A DNA stretch of 64,000 nucleotides, from positions 12,332 to 76,331 of the forward strand of contig JAYUJH010000028.1 in assembly GCA_043765375.1 (NCBI GenBank). Reading direction: 5' to 3'. Positions 30,496 to 39,273 of the stretch are shown one piece after another. The translations under genes and the position numbers were made by a program. The DNA is from Alphaproteobacteria bacterium. GTDB lineage: Bacteria > Pseudomonadota > Alphaproteobacteria > Rickettsiales > UBA998. The notes under the pieces were generated by a model. The model was not told the origin of the DNA, did not search any database, and was given only the letters and a program-made list of their open reading frames with translations. The first letter of the stretch is position 1, and each line of letters starts with the position of its first letter.

Positions 30496-31236
30496 TCAAT
30501 ATATGTTTTTTGCAAAATCATCACCGAGCATTTTTTGTAATTGCGCTTTAGCGTCCCTCACTTCAACGCACTCCCCTAGTTGCAAATCCCCAAGCGAGAT
30601 ATTACCAAAATGCGTGCGGCGCAAACGATTAACAGGGCAACCAATATGTTCAAAAATACGCCTAACCTCACGATTTTTGCCTTCATATAATGTTATTTTC
30701 ATCCAATAATTGCGAGTATCTCGTTGTGATTTGCCGTCAAATTGTAGTTTTGATGGTTGATATTGCAGCCCATCAATCTCCAACCCCGATTCAATATCCG
30801 CTATTTGCGATTTAGTCGGCTTGCCAAAAACTCTAATTTCATAGGTTCGTGGTAGATTATTTATAGGCAATTCCAATGCTCGCCCAATATCTCCCGAATT
30901 AGTCAGCAAAATCAAGCCTTCGCTATCTAAATCCAAACGCCCAACTGATATAACCCGCCCTATTTCAGGTGGTAATAATTCAAATAATGTTTCTCTACCT
31001 TCAGGATCATAATTGGTGCAAATAATTCCCCGAGGCTTGTTGAACTTCCATAACCTGACATTTTCTGGCTGACTTAACACCTCGCCATCAAAATGCACGA
31101 CATCATCAGGCAATGTGTTATATCCAAGATTGCGATTTATTTCACCATTAACTTTAATACGCCCGCTTAAAATTAAATCCTCCGCACCTCGCCTTGATGC
31201 AACACCCGCCTGCGCAATGAACTTATTAATACGCAA
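30496..31236 (-). CDS. Pseudouridine synthase, RsuA/RluB family (S4 domain N-terminus)
   Basis: 246 aa. Has MRINKFIAQAGVASRRGAEDLI (S4) and the GRLDLDSEGL catalytic Asp motif. Confidence 0.88.
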   Translation of the reverse strand: MRINKFIAQAGVASRRGAEDLILSGRIKVNGEINRNLGYNTLPDDVVHFDGEVLSQPENVRLWKFNKPRGIICTNYDPEGRETLFELLPPEIGRVISVGRLDLDSEGLILLTNSGDIGRALELPINNLPRTYEIRVFGKPTKSQIADIESGLEIDGLQYQPSKLQFDGKSQRDTRNYWMKITLYEGKNREVRRIFEHIGCPVNRLRRTHFGNISLGDLQLGECVEVRDAKAQLQKMLGDDFAKNIY

Positions 31237-31239
31237 TGA

Positions 31240-31857
31240 TTACGCCGCTTTTTTAGCTTGTGCCGCTTCCAAATTGCGATTAGCAAAATCCCAATTCACC
31301 AACGAACTTAAAAACACGTTCATATAATCAGGTCTACGATTTTGGTAATCAATATAATAAGCATGTTCCCACACGTCCATGGTGAGCAATGGCGTTTTGC
31401 CTTGCGTTATTGGCGTTTCTGCATTCGGTGTTTTGACAATTTCCAATTTTTCGTTGCTTAGCACCAACCATGCCCAACCACTACCAAATTGCGCTGCACC
31501 TGCTGCGGTGAATTGCTTGTTGAACTCCTCAACACTACCAAAATCTGCTTTGATTTTTTCAGATACTACACCGCTTGGCGCGCCGCCTCCTGCTTGTTTC
31601 ATTGAATGCCAATAGAATGTATGATTCCATATTTGCGCTGCATTATTGAATATCGCTGCTTTTTCAGGCTTGCCACTACTTGCAATAATAATCTCCTCAA
31701 GCGATTGCTTTTCATGCTCTGTGCCTGCAATCAACTCGTTCAATTTCACTACATAAGCATTATGATGCTTACCATAATGAAATGAAATTGTTTCCGCTGA
31801 AATATGCGGAGCAAGTGCGTCGTTAGCGTAAGGCAGGGCGGGCAGAGTGAATGACAT
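31240..31857 (-). CDS. sodB: Fe/Mn superoxide dismutase (Fe-type pattern)
   Basis: 205 aa. Has LPALPYANDALAPHIS..FHYGKHH and DVWEHAYYIDYQNRRPDY. Confidence 0.93.
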   Translation of the reverse strand: MSFTLPALPYANDALAPHISAETISFHYGKHHNAYVVKLNELIAGTEHEKQSLEEIIIASSGKPEKAAIFNNAAQIWNHTFYWHSMKQAGGGAPSGVVSEKIKADFGSVEEFNKQFTAAGAAQFGSGWAWLVLSNEKLEIVKTPNAETPITQGKTPLLTMDVWEHAYYIDYQNRRPDYMNVFLSSLVNWDFANRNLEAAQAKKAA

Positions 31858-32044
31858 AATTTATTCCTTATATATATAAATATTTTTTACCTCAAATATC
31901 TTTAATTTTCAAGTAAAATATGCAAAAAATTGTTGATTTTCAATATAAATCTACATCAGCCAATAAAACTTTTGCAATTTTCAATAGAAAGTTTGAAATA
32001 AAACGCTTGCGCAACCGCATTAATTATTGCATTAAAGTGTGGGT

Positions 32045-33637
32045 ATGAAAATTGAAGCATGGAAAAAATATTTCGCTTATATGATTTGCGTTGCAGCGAT
32101 GTGGTTTGTTGCACCTAATATATTGAGTGATGCACAAATTGCCAAGGTAAAGGATTTTTTGCCAAATAATCAGCTTAATTTGGGATTAGATTTGCAAGGC
32201 GGGTCACATTTATTGTTGGAAGTTGATGTTGATTCATATTTGCAAGCGCAAATTGAGAAGCTCCGCCAAAATGTGCGGGCGGAATTGCGTACCAAAAAAA
32301 TAGGTTACACTGATTTAACCGTGCGCCAAAATAAAATATTAATCACTATTCGCCCCGAAACAATTAGCCCTGAAACACTCGGTGATAATGCGGATATTTC
32401 GGGTTTGATGCGTCGCTTAAATGGTGATATTGAGGCAACAGAAAATGCAGCAAATATGTGGGAATTGCGGTTGAGTGATGCGGCGATTGCGGCAAAGAAA
32501 AAGCAATTAATCGCACAGACAATAGAGATTATAGGGCGTAGGATTGATGAACTTGGAACAAGAGAGCCAAATATTCAACCGCAAGGAGAGTCCAGAATAT
32601 TGTTACAAGTGGCGGGATTAAGCGACCCTGCGCAACTAAAAACTATCCTTGGGACAACGGCAAAAATGGGTTTTCACCTCGTTAATAGCAATGTGGGAGA
32701 AACTGATTTAATGGCGGGAAATGTCGGGTTGGATACGATTATTTTGCCAAGTGAAGAAGCAAATATTGGAGGCAATCCAATACTTTATGCCGTTTATGCA
32801 CAAGAAGCATTAAGCGGTGATGCGCTGGTTGATGCACATGTGGCCGTGGAAGATATGCAGCCAGTGGTTGCATTTCGTTTTGATACGGCGGGAGCGAGGG
32901 CGTTTGGCGAGATTACCAAGGATAATATTGGCAAGCAATTTGCGGTGGTGCTTGATGGCAAAATCGTTACTGCGCCTGTAATTCGTTCGGCTATATTGGG
33001 TGGAAGCGGAATTATTGAGGGCAATTTTGATGCAAAATCAGCGGAAAACTTGGCATTATTGTTGCGAGCTGGAGCATTGCCTGCCGATGTTGCCATATTA
33101 GAGGAGCGTGTTGTTGGCGCAAGCCTTGGTGCGGATTCCATCAAAGCGGGCAAAGTTGCTTGTATTGTTGCGGTGATATTGGTGATGAGTTTTATGTTGC
33201 TAAATTACGGGATATTCGGATTATTTGCTAATATCGCATTGCTTGCTAACTTGCTATTTTTAATGGCAGCATTAACCTTTTTGCAAGCAACATTAACACT
33301 TCCCGGAATTGCAGGAATTGTGTTGACTTTGGGTATGGCGGTTGATGCAAATGTGTTGATATTTGAGCGCATGAGAGAGGAACAGGCGAGCAAAGCAAGT
33401 TTAGCAACTTCAATTGAGCGGGGGTTTGAGGGGGCGTTTGTGACGATTTTTGATTCTAACATCACCACGCTTATCTCAGCGTTGGTTTTGTTTATATTTG
33501 GCTCTGGCACAATCAAAGGTTTTGCCGTGACATTATCCATTGGAATATTAGCATCAATGTTTTCCGCCATATTTCTCACTCGCATCATGGTGACATGGTG
33601 GTTTAACCGCAAAAAGCGTGAGTGTCTGCCAATATGA
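32045..33637 (+). CDS. secD: Protein translocase subunit SecD (no adjacent secF)
   Basis: About 530 aa. Has LGLDLQGGSHLLLEVD, a large periplasmic domain, and the C-terminal 6-TM region with LPGIAGIVLTLGMAVDANVLIFERMREE. ATG 32045 preferred over GTG 32039. Confidence 0.92.
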   Translation: MKIEAWKKYFAYMICVAAMWFVAPNILSDAQIAKVKDFLPNNQLNLGLDLQGGSHLLLEVDVDSYLQAQIEKLRQNVRAELRTKKIGYTDLTVRQNKILITIRPETISPETLGDNADISGLMRRLNGDIEATENAANMWELRLSDAAIAAKKKQLIAQTIEIIGRRIDELGTREPNIQPQGESRILLQVAGLSDPAQLKTILGTTAKMGFHLVNSNVGETDLMAGNVGLDTIILPSEEANIGGNPILYAVYAQEALSGDALVDAHVAVEDMQPVVAFRFDTAGARAFGEITKDNIGKQFAVVLDGKIVTAPVIRSAILGGSGIIEGNFDAKSAENLALLLRAGALPADVAILEERVVGASLGADSIKAGKVACIVAVILVMSFMLLNYGIFGLFANIALLANLLFLMAALTFLQATLTLPGIAGIVLTLGMAVDANVLIFERMREEQASKASLATSIERGFEGAFVTIFDSNITTLISALVLFIFGSGTIKGFAVTLSIGILASMFSAIFLTRIMVTWWFNRKKRECLPI

Positions 33638-34061
33638 ACAAAATAAAATAATAAATCATATTAACGAAACTTTAATGTTGCGTTAGTGCGAAAATAGTGT
33701 ATATATATTTATATTATTGAGTTTATTGCTCTTAAACTGCATACGCCACAGCGCAGAACGTGCTAAGTTATTAATGAAATAACTTATTTTTCTGCACGAA
33801 AAAATTATATAATTCATGAAATAGTTTTTTGCTTATGAAATTAAAGAGTAGCAATCACAGCCCAAAATCTTAAGGCTAGATAGTCTTGGATAACTCCTAG
33901 CAAAGCATTCACGGTTATTAAACCTTGATTGTTATATTGTTACTAAAAATCTCAATTGATTTGAGGGAGTGGTCTGCTAAACGCTTATTGAACTCTTTAT
34001 AACGTTAGTTCCATTGTGGGACTGCGAATAATTTTATGCAAACTATTTTTAAGGATTAATA

Positions 34062-35906
34062 ATGAATAATTTTACACAATTTAACTTGCCAGAATCATTG
34101 CAGCAATCATTGCAGCGCATCGGTTTTGATGAGCCAACCCCAATTCAATTGCAATCAATTCCACTTGCACTTGAAGGGCGTGATATTCTCGGTTCAGCGC
34201 AAACTGGAACAGGTAAAACTGGTGCATTTGGGATTCCATTAATTGCCAAATTGCTTGAAAATCCTCGTGGAGTGGCACTAGTGCTAACGCCAACTCGTGA
34301 GCTTGCAACCCAAGTTTTGAAAGCGTTGGAATCTATGATTAGCAAAGCGGATAAAATTAACACAGCGTTGTTGATTGGTGGTGACCCGATGCCAAAACAA
34401 TTGCAACAATTGCGTATGCGTCCACGTTTGATTGTTGGAACTCCGGGGCGGATTAATGATCATCTTGAGCGTGGTAGCTTAATGTTGCATGATGCAGGGT
34501 TTTTGGTGCTTGATGAAACTGATAGAATGCTTGATATGGGCTTTAGTATTCAAATTGATAACATCTTAAAGTTTTTGCCGAAAAAACGCCAAACATTGCT
34601 ATTTTCCGCAACTTTGCCGCATAATATTGTGAGCATGGCGAGCCGTTATATGACCAACCCTGAGCGTGTTTCTGCGGGTAGCCAATCTGCACCAGCAGCG
34701 AACATTAAGCATGAGATTTTGCATGTGTCAGAAGGTGAAAAATATGATACATTATTGGAGCAGTTAAAAGAGCGCACAGGTTCAGTGATTGTGTTTGTGA
34801 AAACCAAATGGAATGCAGAGAAAATGGCAGAGCGTTTGCGTCGTGATTTTCATGAAGCTGATGCAATTCATGGTGATTTGCGCCAAAATAAGCGTGACAA
34901 AGTGATTGCTAACTTCAGAGCGAAGAAATATCGTATTTTAGTAGCAACTGATATCGCTGCTCGTGGTTTGGATATTCCGCATATTGAGCATGTGATTAAC
35001 TTTGATTTGCCACAATGCGCTGAGGATTATATCCACAGAATTGGGCGCACAGCCCGTGCAGGAGCAGAAGGTTCAGCGATATGCTTTATTAGCCGTGAAG
35101 ATAAAGGTAAATGGTCAGCGATTAACCGCTTGTTAGATCCGAATGCACCAGTAGAAAAACGTGAAGCTGGTAATGGTGGCGGCAGAGCTGGCGCAGGACG
35201 CAATGGCAGTGGTGCTAGAGCTGGTGGTGGCGGTTATGGCGGCGGAGGAGCAAGACGCCCCAATTCTGGAGGTGGTGCTGATTGGAAAAGCGATTTCAAA
35301 AAACGTGAAGATGGCTTTAATAATCGTGATGGTGGCAGCCGTGACAGCGCACCAAGGCGTGAAGGTGGTTTCAGAAGTGAAGGTGCTAGAAATGAAGGTT
35401 CAGGTTTCAGGAGCGAACGTCCAGCGGGCGAACGCACTCAGAGAGATCGCAGTGATCGCCCAACGGGTGAACGCAGTTATGGCGAGCGTCCAGCTTTTGA
35501 AGCACGAGCATTTGATGCTAGAACGGATACAAGAGGTGCTGATACACGCAGTTCTGAAGCAAGAGGAGCACGCCGACCAGCTGAAAACTCATCAGAAAGA
35601 AGTGGTTCAGAGAGAACTGCCCCGAGAACAGATGGTTTCAAAGCTGGTGGGTTCAAAGCAAAAGCTCCGTTTAAGTCATCACAAGAAGGTGGTTTCAAGC
35701 GTGATGGTGTAGCTAGAGATGGCGCATCATCAAGGGACGGCGCAGCTAGAGATAGTGTAGCCAGAGATAGTGTAGTTAGAGATGGCGCACCAAGACCTGT
35801 TCGCAATAAATCAAGTGACGGCGCAGCTAGTGGAAGCAGAGATAATGTAGCCAGAGATGGCGCAGCTCCAGCATCACGCAAGCCATATCAACGTCGTACT
35901 GCATAA
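34062..35906 (+). CDS. DEAD-box ATP-dependent RNA helicase (RhlE-like) with ~230-aa Arg/Gly/Asp/Ser-rich repetitive C-terminal tail
   Basis: Has Q-motif F..PTPIQ, AQTGTGKT, PTRELA, DETD (DEAD-box variant LVLDETDRMLDMGF), SAT and HRIGRTARAG. Tail from ~aa 365. Confidence 0.93.
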   Translation: MNNFTQFNLPESLQQSLQRIGFDEPTPIQLQSIPLALEGRDILGSAQTGTGKTGAFGIPLIAKLLENPRGVALVLTPTRELATQVLKALESMISKADKINTALLIGGDPMPKQLQQLRMRPRLIVGTPGRINDHLERGSLMLHDAGFLVLDETDRMLDMGFSIQIDNILKFLPKKRQTLLFSATLPHNIVSMASRYMTNPERVSAGSQSAPAANIKHEILHVSEGEKYDTLLEQLKERTGSVIVFVKTKWNAEKMAERLRRDFHEADAIHGDLRQNKRDKVIANFRAKKYRILVATDIAARGLDIPHIEHVINFDLPQCAEDYIHRIGRTARAGAEGSAICFISREDKGKWSAINRLLDPNAPVEKREAGNGGGRAGAGRNGSGARAGGGGYGGGGARRPNSGGGADWKSDFKKREDGFNNRDGGSRDSAPRREGGFRSEGARNEGSGFRSERPAGERTQRDRSDRPTGERSYGERPAFEARAFDARTDTRGADTRSSEARGARRPAENSSERSGSERTAPRTDGFKAGGFKAKAPFKSSQEGGFKRDGVARDGASSRDGAARDSVARDSVVRDGAPRPVRNKSSDGAASGSRDNVARDGAAPASRKPYQRRTA

Positions 35907-35943
35907 TATAATATTTAACTATATATTGACTTTTTTTAACGCG

Positions 35944-35979
35944 CACCTCCTTGCTTCACGGCAGGGGGGTGTTTTTTTT
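35944..35979 (+). terminator. Rho-independent terminator after the helicase gene
   Basis: cacctccttgc / gcaggggggtg stem (two G-U pairs), 6-nt loop, T8. Confidence 0.75.
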
Positions 35980-36046
35980 GAACTGAATATTTTTGATTGT
36001 TTGATAATGTTATCAATCTTATCATTATAATGTTTTAAGTTTTGTC

Positions 36047-36074
36047 GTCATACAAGCGGAGGCTGGTATCCATA
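36047..36074. repeat. Dispersed palindromic repeat, degenerate copy (gtcatacaagcggaggctggtatccata)
   Basis: Same ends as the 57898 copy, with a partly eroded left arm. Intergenic. Confidence 0.55.
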
Positions 36075-36144
36075 TAAAAATCCTCATCATGAAAAATACC
36101 ACTATAATCATAAATAATTAACCCTGTATGTGCTATAATGAAAC

Positions 36145-36849
36145 ATGGAAAAAGATGGTAGTTTGCTGCATATATACGGCTTATGCGAACGAGTGGCGGA
36201 GGGCGCACTTGCTGAACCACTCAACGTCATCACCAATTTTGCATTTTTCGCAACTGCTGCGTTATTATGGCGAGAATGCCGAGCTAACTCGGATTTGCGT
36301 GGCTTAAAAATATATGATATCAAATTGTTAATTGCTTTAATATTCTCAATTGGGCTGTGTAGTTCAATTTTTCACCTGCACCCAACACCATTAACTGAAT
36401 TATTGGATACGCTAGTCATCGCCATATTCATTATATTTTTCTTTCTTAGCGTGATGGTGCGAATTGTTAAATGCAAAATAATGGAGACATTTGTTTGCTT
36501 CATGGCTTATGCGGGTTTTACTCATATTTTGGTAACGCAATTTCCCAACGCCATGAATGGCTCAATCGCTTATCTTTCCACCATGACAACATTGATATTT
36601 ATTGCATTATATCTCAATCTCAAGCGGCGGGCGACTGCTCGGGCTTTTTTGTTAGCAGCAATAATTGGCATGATTTCGCTATTTTTCCGCTCAATTGATA
36701 ACGCCGTATGTGACAAAATACCGATTGGAACGCATTTCATGTGGCACATGTTGAATGGATTATTAATTTATATCGTGATGATGCAATTAATTCGCAATGT
36801 CAATCGCCGTGCCAGAATGTTGCGGGAGGCGAGCCTCCATTTCGCTTGA
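36145..36849 (+). CDS. Seven-TM membrane protein, ceramidase-like (alkaline ceramidase/PAQR-like fold) family
   Basis: 234 aa. Has N-terminal CE..A.GALAEPLNVITNFAFF (family-typical cCE...EP.N..SN..F pattern), multiple TM helices, and conserved H in FHLHP and HFMWH. Confidence 0.5.
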   Translation: MEKDGSLLHIYGLCERVAEGALAEPLNVITNFAFFATAALLWRECRANSDLRGLKIYDIKLLIALIFSIGLCSSIFHLHPTPLTELLDTLVIAIFIIFFFLSVMVRIVKCKIMETFVCFMAYAGFTHILVTQFPNAMNGSIAYLSTMTTLIFIALYLNLKRRATARAFLLAAIIGMISLFFRSIDNAVCDKIPIGTHFMWHMLNGLLIYIVMMQLIRNVNRRARMLREASLHFA

Positions 36850-36895
36850 GGAAATGAAAGGTTTATTAATTTATATTAATAGTTGCATTTCTTGC

Positions 36896-36923
36896 TTGAC
36901 ATTCTCGGGGGGGGGGGTAAAAT
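36896..36923 (+). promoter_or_regulatory. Sigma70-type promoter TTGACA-N16-TAAAAT whose spacer contains a G11 homopolymer (36907..36917)
   Basis: The plus strand reads cTTGACAttctc-GGGGGGGGGGG-TAAAATa, 78 nt upstream of ATG 37001. Same module as at 14659..14686. Confidence 0.7.
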
Positions 36924-37000
36924 AATTAATGAATATAGTCTTGTCATGCGCATTTGATACGTGTGAAACTATTAAGTTGTCGTTTATGTAATGTAAAAAA

Positions 37001-37498
37001 ATGACCATTATAACACTTGAGCAAACTCTACCCGTATTGGCTTCATTAAGCCAATCGGAGCTAAGAAATTTGTCTCAATTAAAAGCCTTGGAGTTGTTAT
37101 TTGGGTTTTCTAGTGAGATTGATCAATTTGGTATCGCTAAAAAAGCCGAAAACCTTGTAGCAATGCGAGAAATATGGTTAGGAAAGTCGGATAACTTTTT
37201 TGGCTATGAAGTTAGTGTCAAAGGCGAAAACCTACAATTAATTGTAGGTTTTATGGCACAAGAGTTCAGAAAAGGAAAGACTGCTGATTTCTATCGTGTT
37301 GATAGAAAAATATGTGCAATGTGTTATAAGGACATTTTCGCGGAATTGCCAAGGGTTTGGCAAAAAGCGGCTAATCGCCTTATGCCAATGTCAGCCACAA
37401 TGGCAAAATCACATATTCAAAGGCAAGCTGAGGCAGAAATGCTTGAAGAACTTGTCAATAAAATTGGATTTGGCGAAGTTACCATCATAGTGCTTTAA
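37001..37498 (+). CDS. Hypothetical cytoplasmic protein (165 aa), no recognisable family, under the poly-G spacer promoter
   Basis: Clean ORF with its own promoter (36896..36923) and terminator (37528..37565). No TM segment or signal peptide seen. Confidence 0.55.
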   Translation: MTIITLEQTLPVLASLSQSELRNLSQLKALELLFGFSSEIDQFGIAKKAENLVAMREIWLGKSDNFFGYEVSVKGENLQLIVGFMAQEFRKGKTADFYRVDRKICAMCYKDIFAELPRVWQKAANRLMPMSATMAKSHIQRQAEAEMLEELVNKIGFGEVTIIVL

Positions 37499-37527
37499 TC
37501 CTCAGTTTGCTCTCACCTTGATGAGCC

Positions 37528-37565
37528 TCCTCCTCTGCATTGCAATGCTTTGGAGGATTTTTTTA
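37528..37565 (+). terminator. Rho-independent terminator after ORF 37001..37498
   Basis: tcctcc...ggagga outer stem enclosing the perfect palindrome gcattgcaatgc, followed by a T-run. Confidence 0.6.
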
Positions 37566-37681
37566 TGGAGTTATGGGAATGACGGTTTGCATTTATAGTT
37601 GGTTTTTTGCAAATATACCAAAGTTACTGTTATGTATCAAATTATGCGTATAGCATATTATATGTTGATATATTATGCAAT

Positions 37682-38938
37682 TCACATTCCAATTTCGGCG
37701 AAAATCATTTGCAGTGCTTCCACCAATTCGTCCATCATTAGTTCGGTGTGCATTGGGGTTGGGGTCAGGCGCAAACGCTCAGCCCCTCGTGGGACTGTAG
37801 GATAATTAATCGGTTGCACATAAATCTGATGTTCGTCTCGCAGTTTGTCAGAAACTAGCTTGCATTTTATCGCATCATTAATCATCACGGGGATAATGTG
37901 CGTTGGTGTTGAGATGTGGTTAATGTTAGCTTTGGCAAGTTTTTGCTTTAATGTCTTCGCTGCTAGCTGATGAGATTCTCGCAATTCATTATGTTGCATT
38001 AAATAGCGCACGCTAGCATTTGCACCCGCTGCTTGCGCTGGTGGCATAGCAGTGGTAAAAATAAATGCGGGAGCATAAGATCGTATCGCATCAATAATTG
38101 CATTATTTGCGGCAATATATCCCCCCATAACGCCATATGCTTTTCCAAGTGTCCCTTGAATAATATCCACATTATTCATTAGCCCTAATTTTTCAGCAAC
38201 TCCAGCCCCCCTCATACCATAAAGCCCAACTGCGTGAACTTCATCAAGGTAAGTTATCGCACCAAACTCTTGGGCGAGGGCGCAAATCCCAGCTATATCA
38301 CCAATATCGCCGTCCATAGAATAAACTGATTCAAATGCGATGATTTTTGGTGAATTAGGGGCGCAGGCGGCAAGCAATTCCCGCAAATGTTCAATATCAT
38401 TATGGCGAAATACGTGTTTTTGCAACCCGCTCGCCCGCACCCCTGCAATCATGGAGGCGTGGTTTTTAGCATCAGAAAATATCACTGCATTTGGGAGCAA
38501 TTTACCAAGCGTTGCAAGCGTTGTTTCATTGGCCACATAGCCAGAGGTGAAGGCGAGTGCCGCTTGTTTATGATGTAACTCGGCGAGAGTTTGTTCCAGC
38601 GTGATGATTGCTTGATGCGTTCCAGAGATGTTACGAGTTCCGCCAGCACCAGCACCCATTGCATCAATCGCTTCGTGCATGGAATCCAGCACTACCTCAT
38701 GATGCCCCATTCCGAGATAATCATTGCTGCACCAGATGGTTATGTCTTTGCCAGTAGTATGGCTTTTGGCAACGGGAAAGCTACCAACTACTCGCTCAAT
38801 ATGATGGAACTCACGATATCTACCTTCGCATTTCAAAATATTAACTGAATTGATGAATAATTGGTTATAATCAACTATGTTTGATTTTGCTATTTCGTGC
38901 AATTGTGGTTCACGAGTTTGTGATACATTGTTGTTCAT
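37682..38938 (-). CDS. hemA: 5-aminolevulinate synthase (start ambiguous; ORF is open up to 39064)
   Basis: Has [17 protein letters not shown], and PLP-lysine region GTLGKAYG. The conserved core starts at ...DYNQLF. ATG 38938 gives a normal length, while 39064 adds an Asn/Ile/Asp-rich extension. Confidence 0.92.
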   Translation of the reverse strand: MNNNVSQTREPQLHEIAKSNIVDYNQLFINSVNILKCEGRYREFHHIERVVGSFPVAKSHTTGKDITIWCSNDYLGMGHHEVVLDSMHEAIDAMGAGAGGTRNISGTHQAIITLEQTLAELHHKQAALAFTSGYVANETTLATLGKLLPNAVIFSDAKNHASMIAGVRASGLQKHVFRHNDIEHLRELLAACAPNSPKIIAFESVYSMDGDIGDIAGICALAQEFGAITYLDEVHAVGLYGMRGAGVAEKLGLMNNVDIIQGTLGKAYGVMGGYIAANNAIIDAIRSYAPAFIFTTAMPPAQAAGANASVRYLMQHNELRESHQLAAKTLKQKLAKANINHISTPTHIIPVMINDAIKCKLVSDKLRDEHQIYVQPINYPTVPRGAERLRLTPTPMHTELMMDELVEALQMIFAEIGM

Positions 38939-39273
38939 CTGGATATTATGTTGATAAGCATCATTTATATGAATACTATTCTGATTGATTTTATTTACAT
39001 CAATATCATCTATATCAATATTATTTTTATTAACTAATAATTGTACTTTCATATAATAATACATAGCACAAATTGGTAATTAGTTCACATTAAAAATACC
39101 TAATAATACAGATAATGCAGAAAAATATTTCATAGTTATTGTTTGTAAAACTGATATTAACCTTACAAATAAATAATATCCCGCTTTTCGCATAATAATG
39201 CTTGCAAATTAACCAACTATTTTGCAATGTGTGAGTAGGTTATGGTTTGTTAAAATAAATTGAGAGAGTGAAT

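Noticed and set aside
33638-34061. The gap after secD, examined for a degraded secF or other pseudogene
   Set aside because: I could see no ORF fragments with SecF-like hydrophobic translation in any frame. secD and secF are unlinked in several reduced alphaproteobacteria. I kept it only as a possible helicase leader or sRNA region.
35161-35881. ORFs 35161..35712 (+, alternative frame), 35234..35437 (-) and 35477..35881 (-) in the helicase tail region
   Set aside because: These are artefacts of the repetitive GC-richer RGG/ARD-coding DNA, which stays open in several frames. The helicase frame is continuous with the conserved core.
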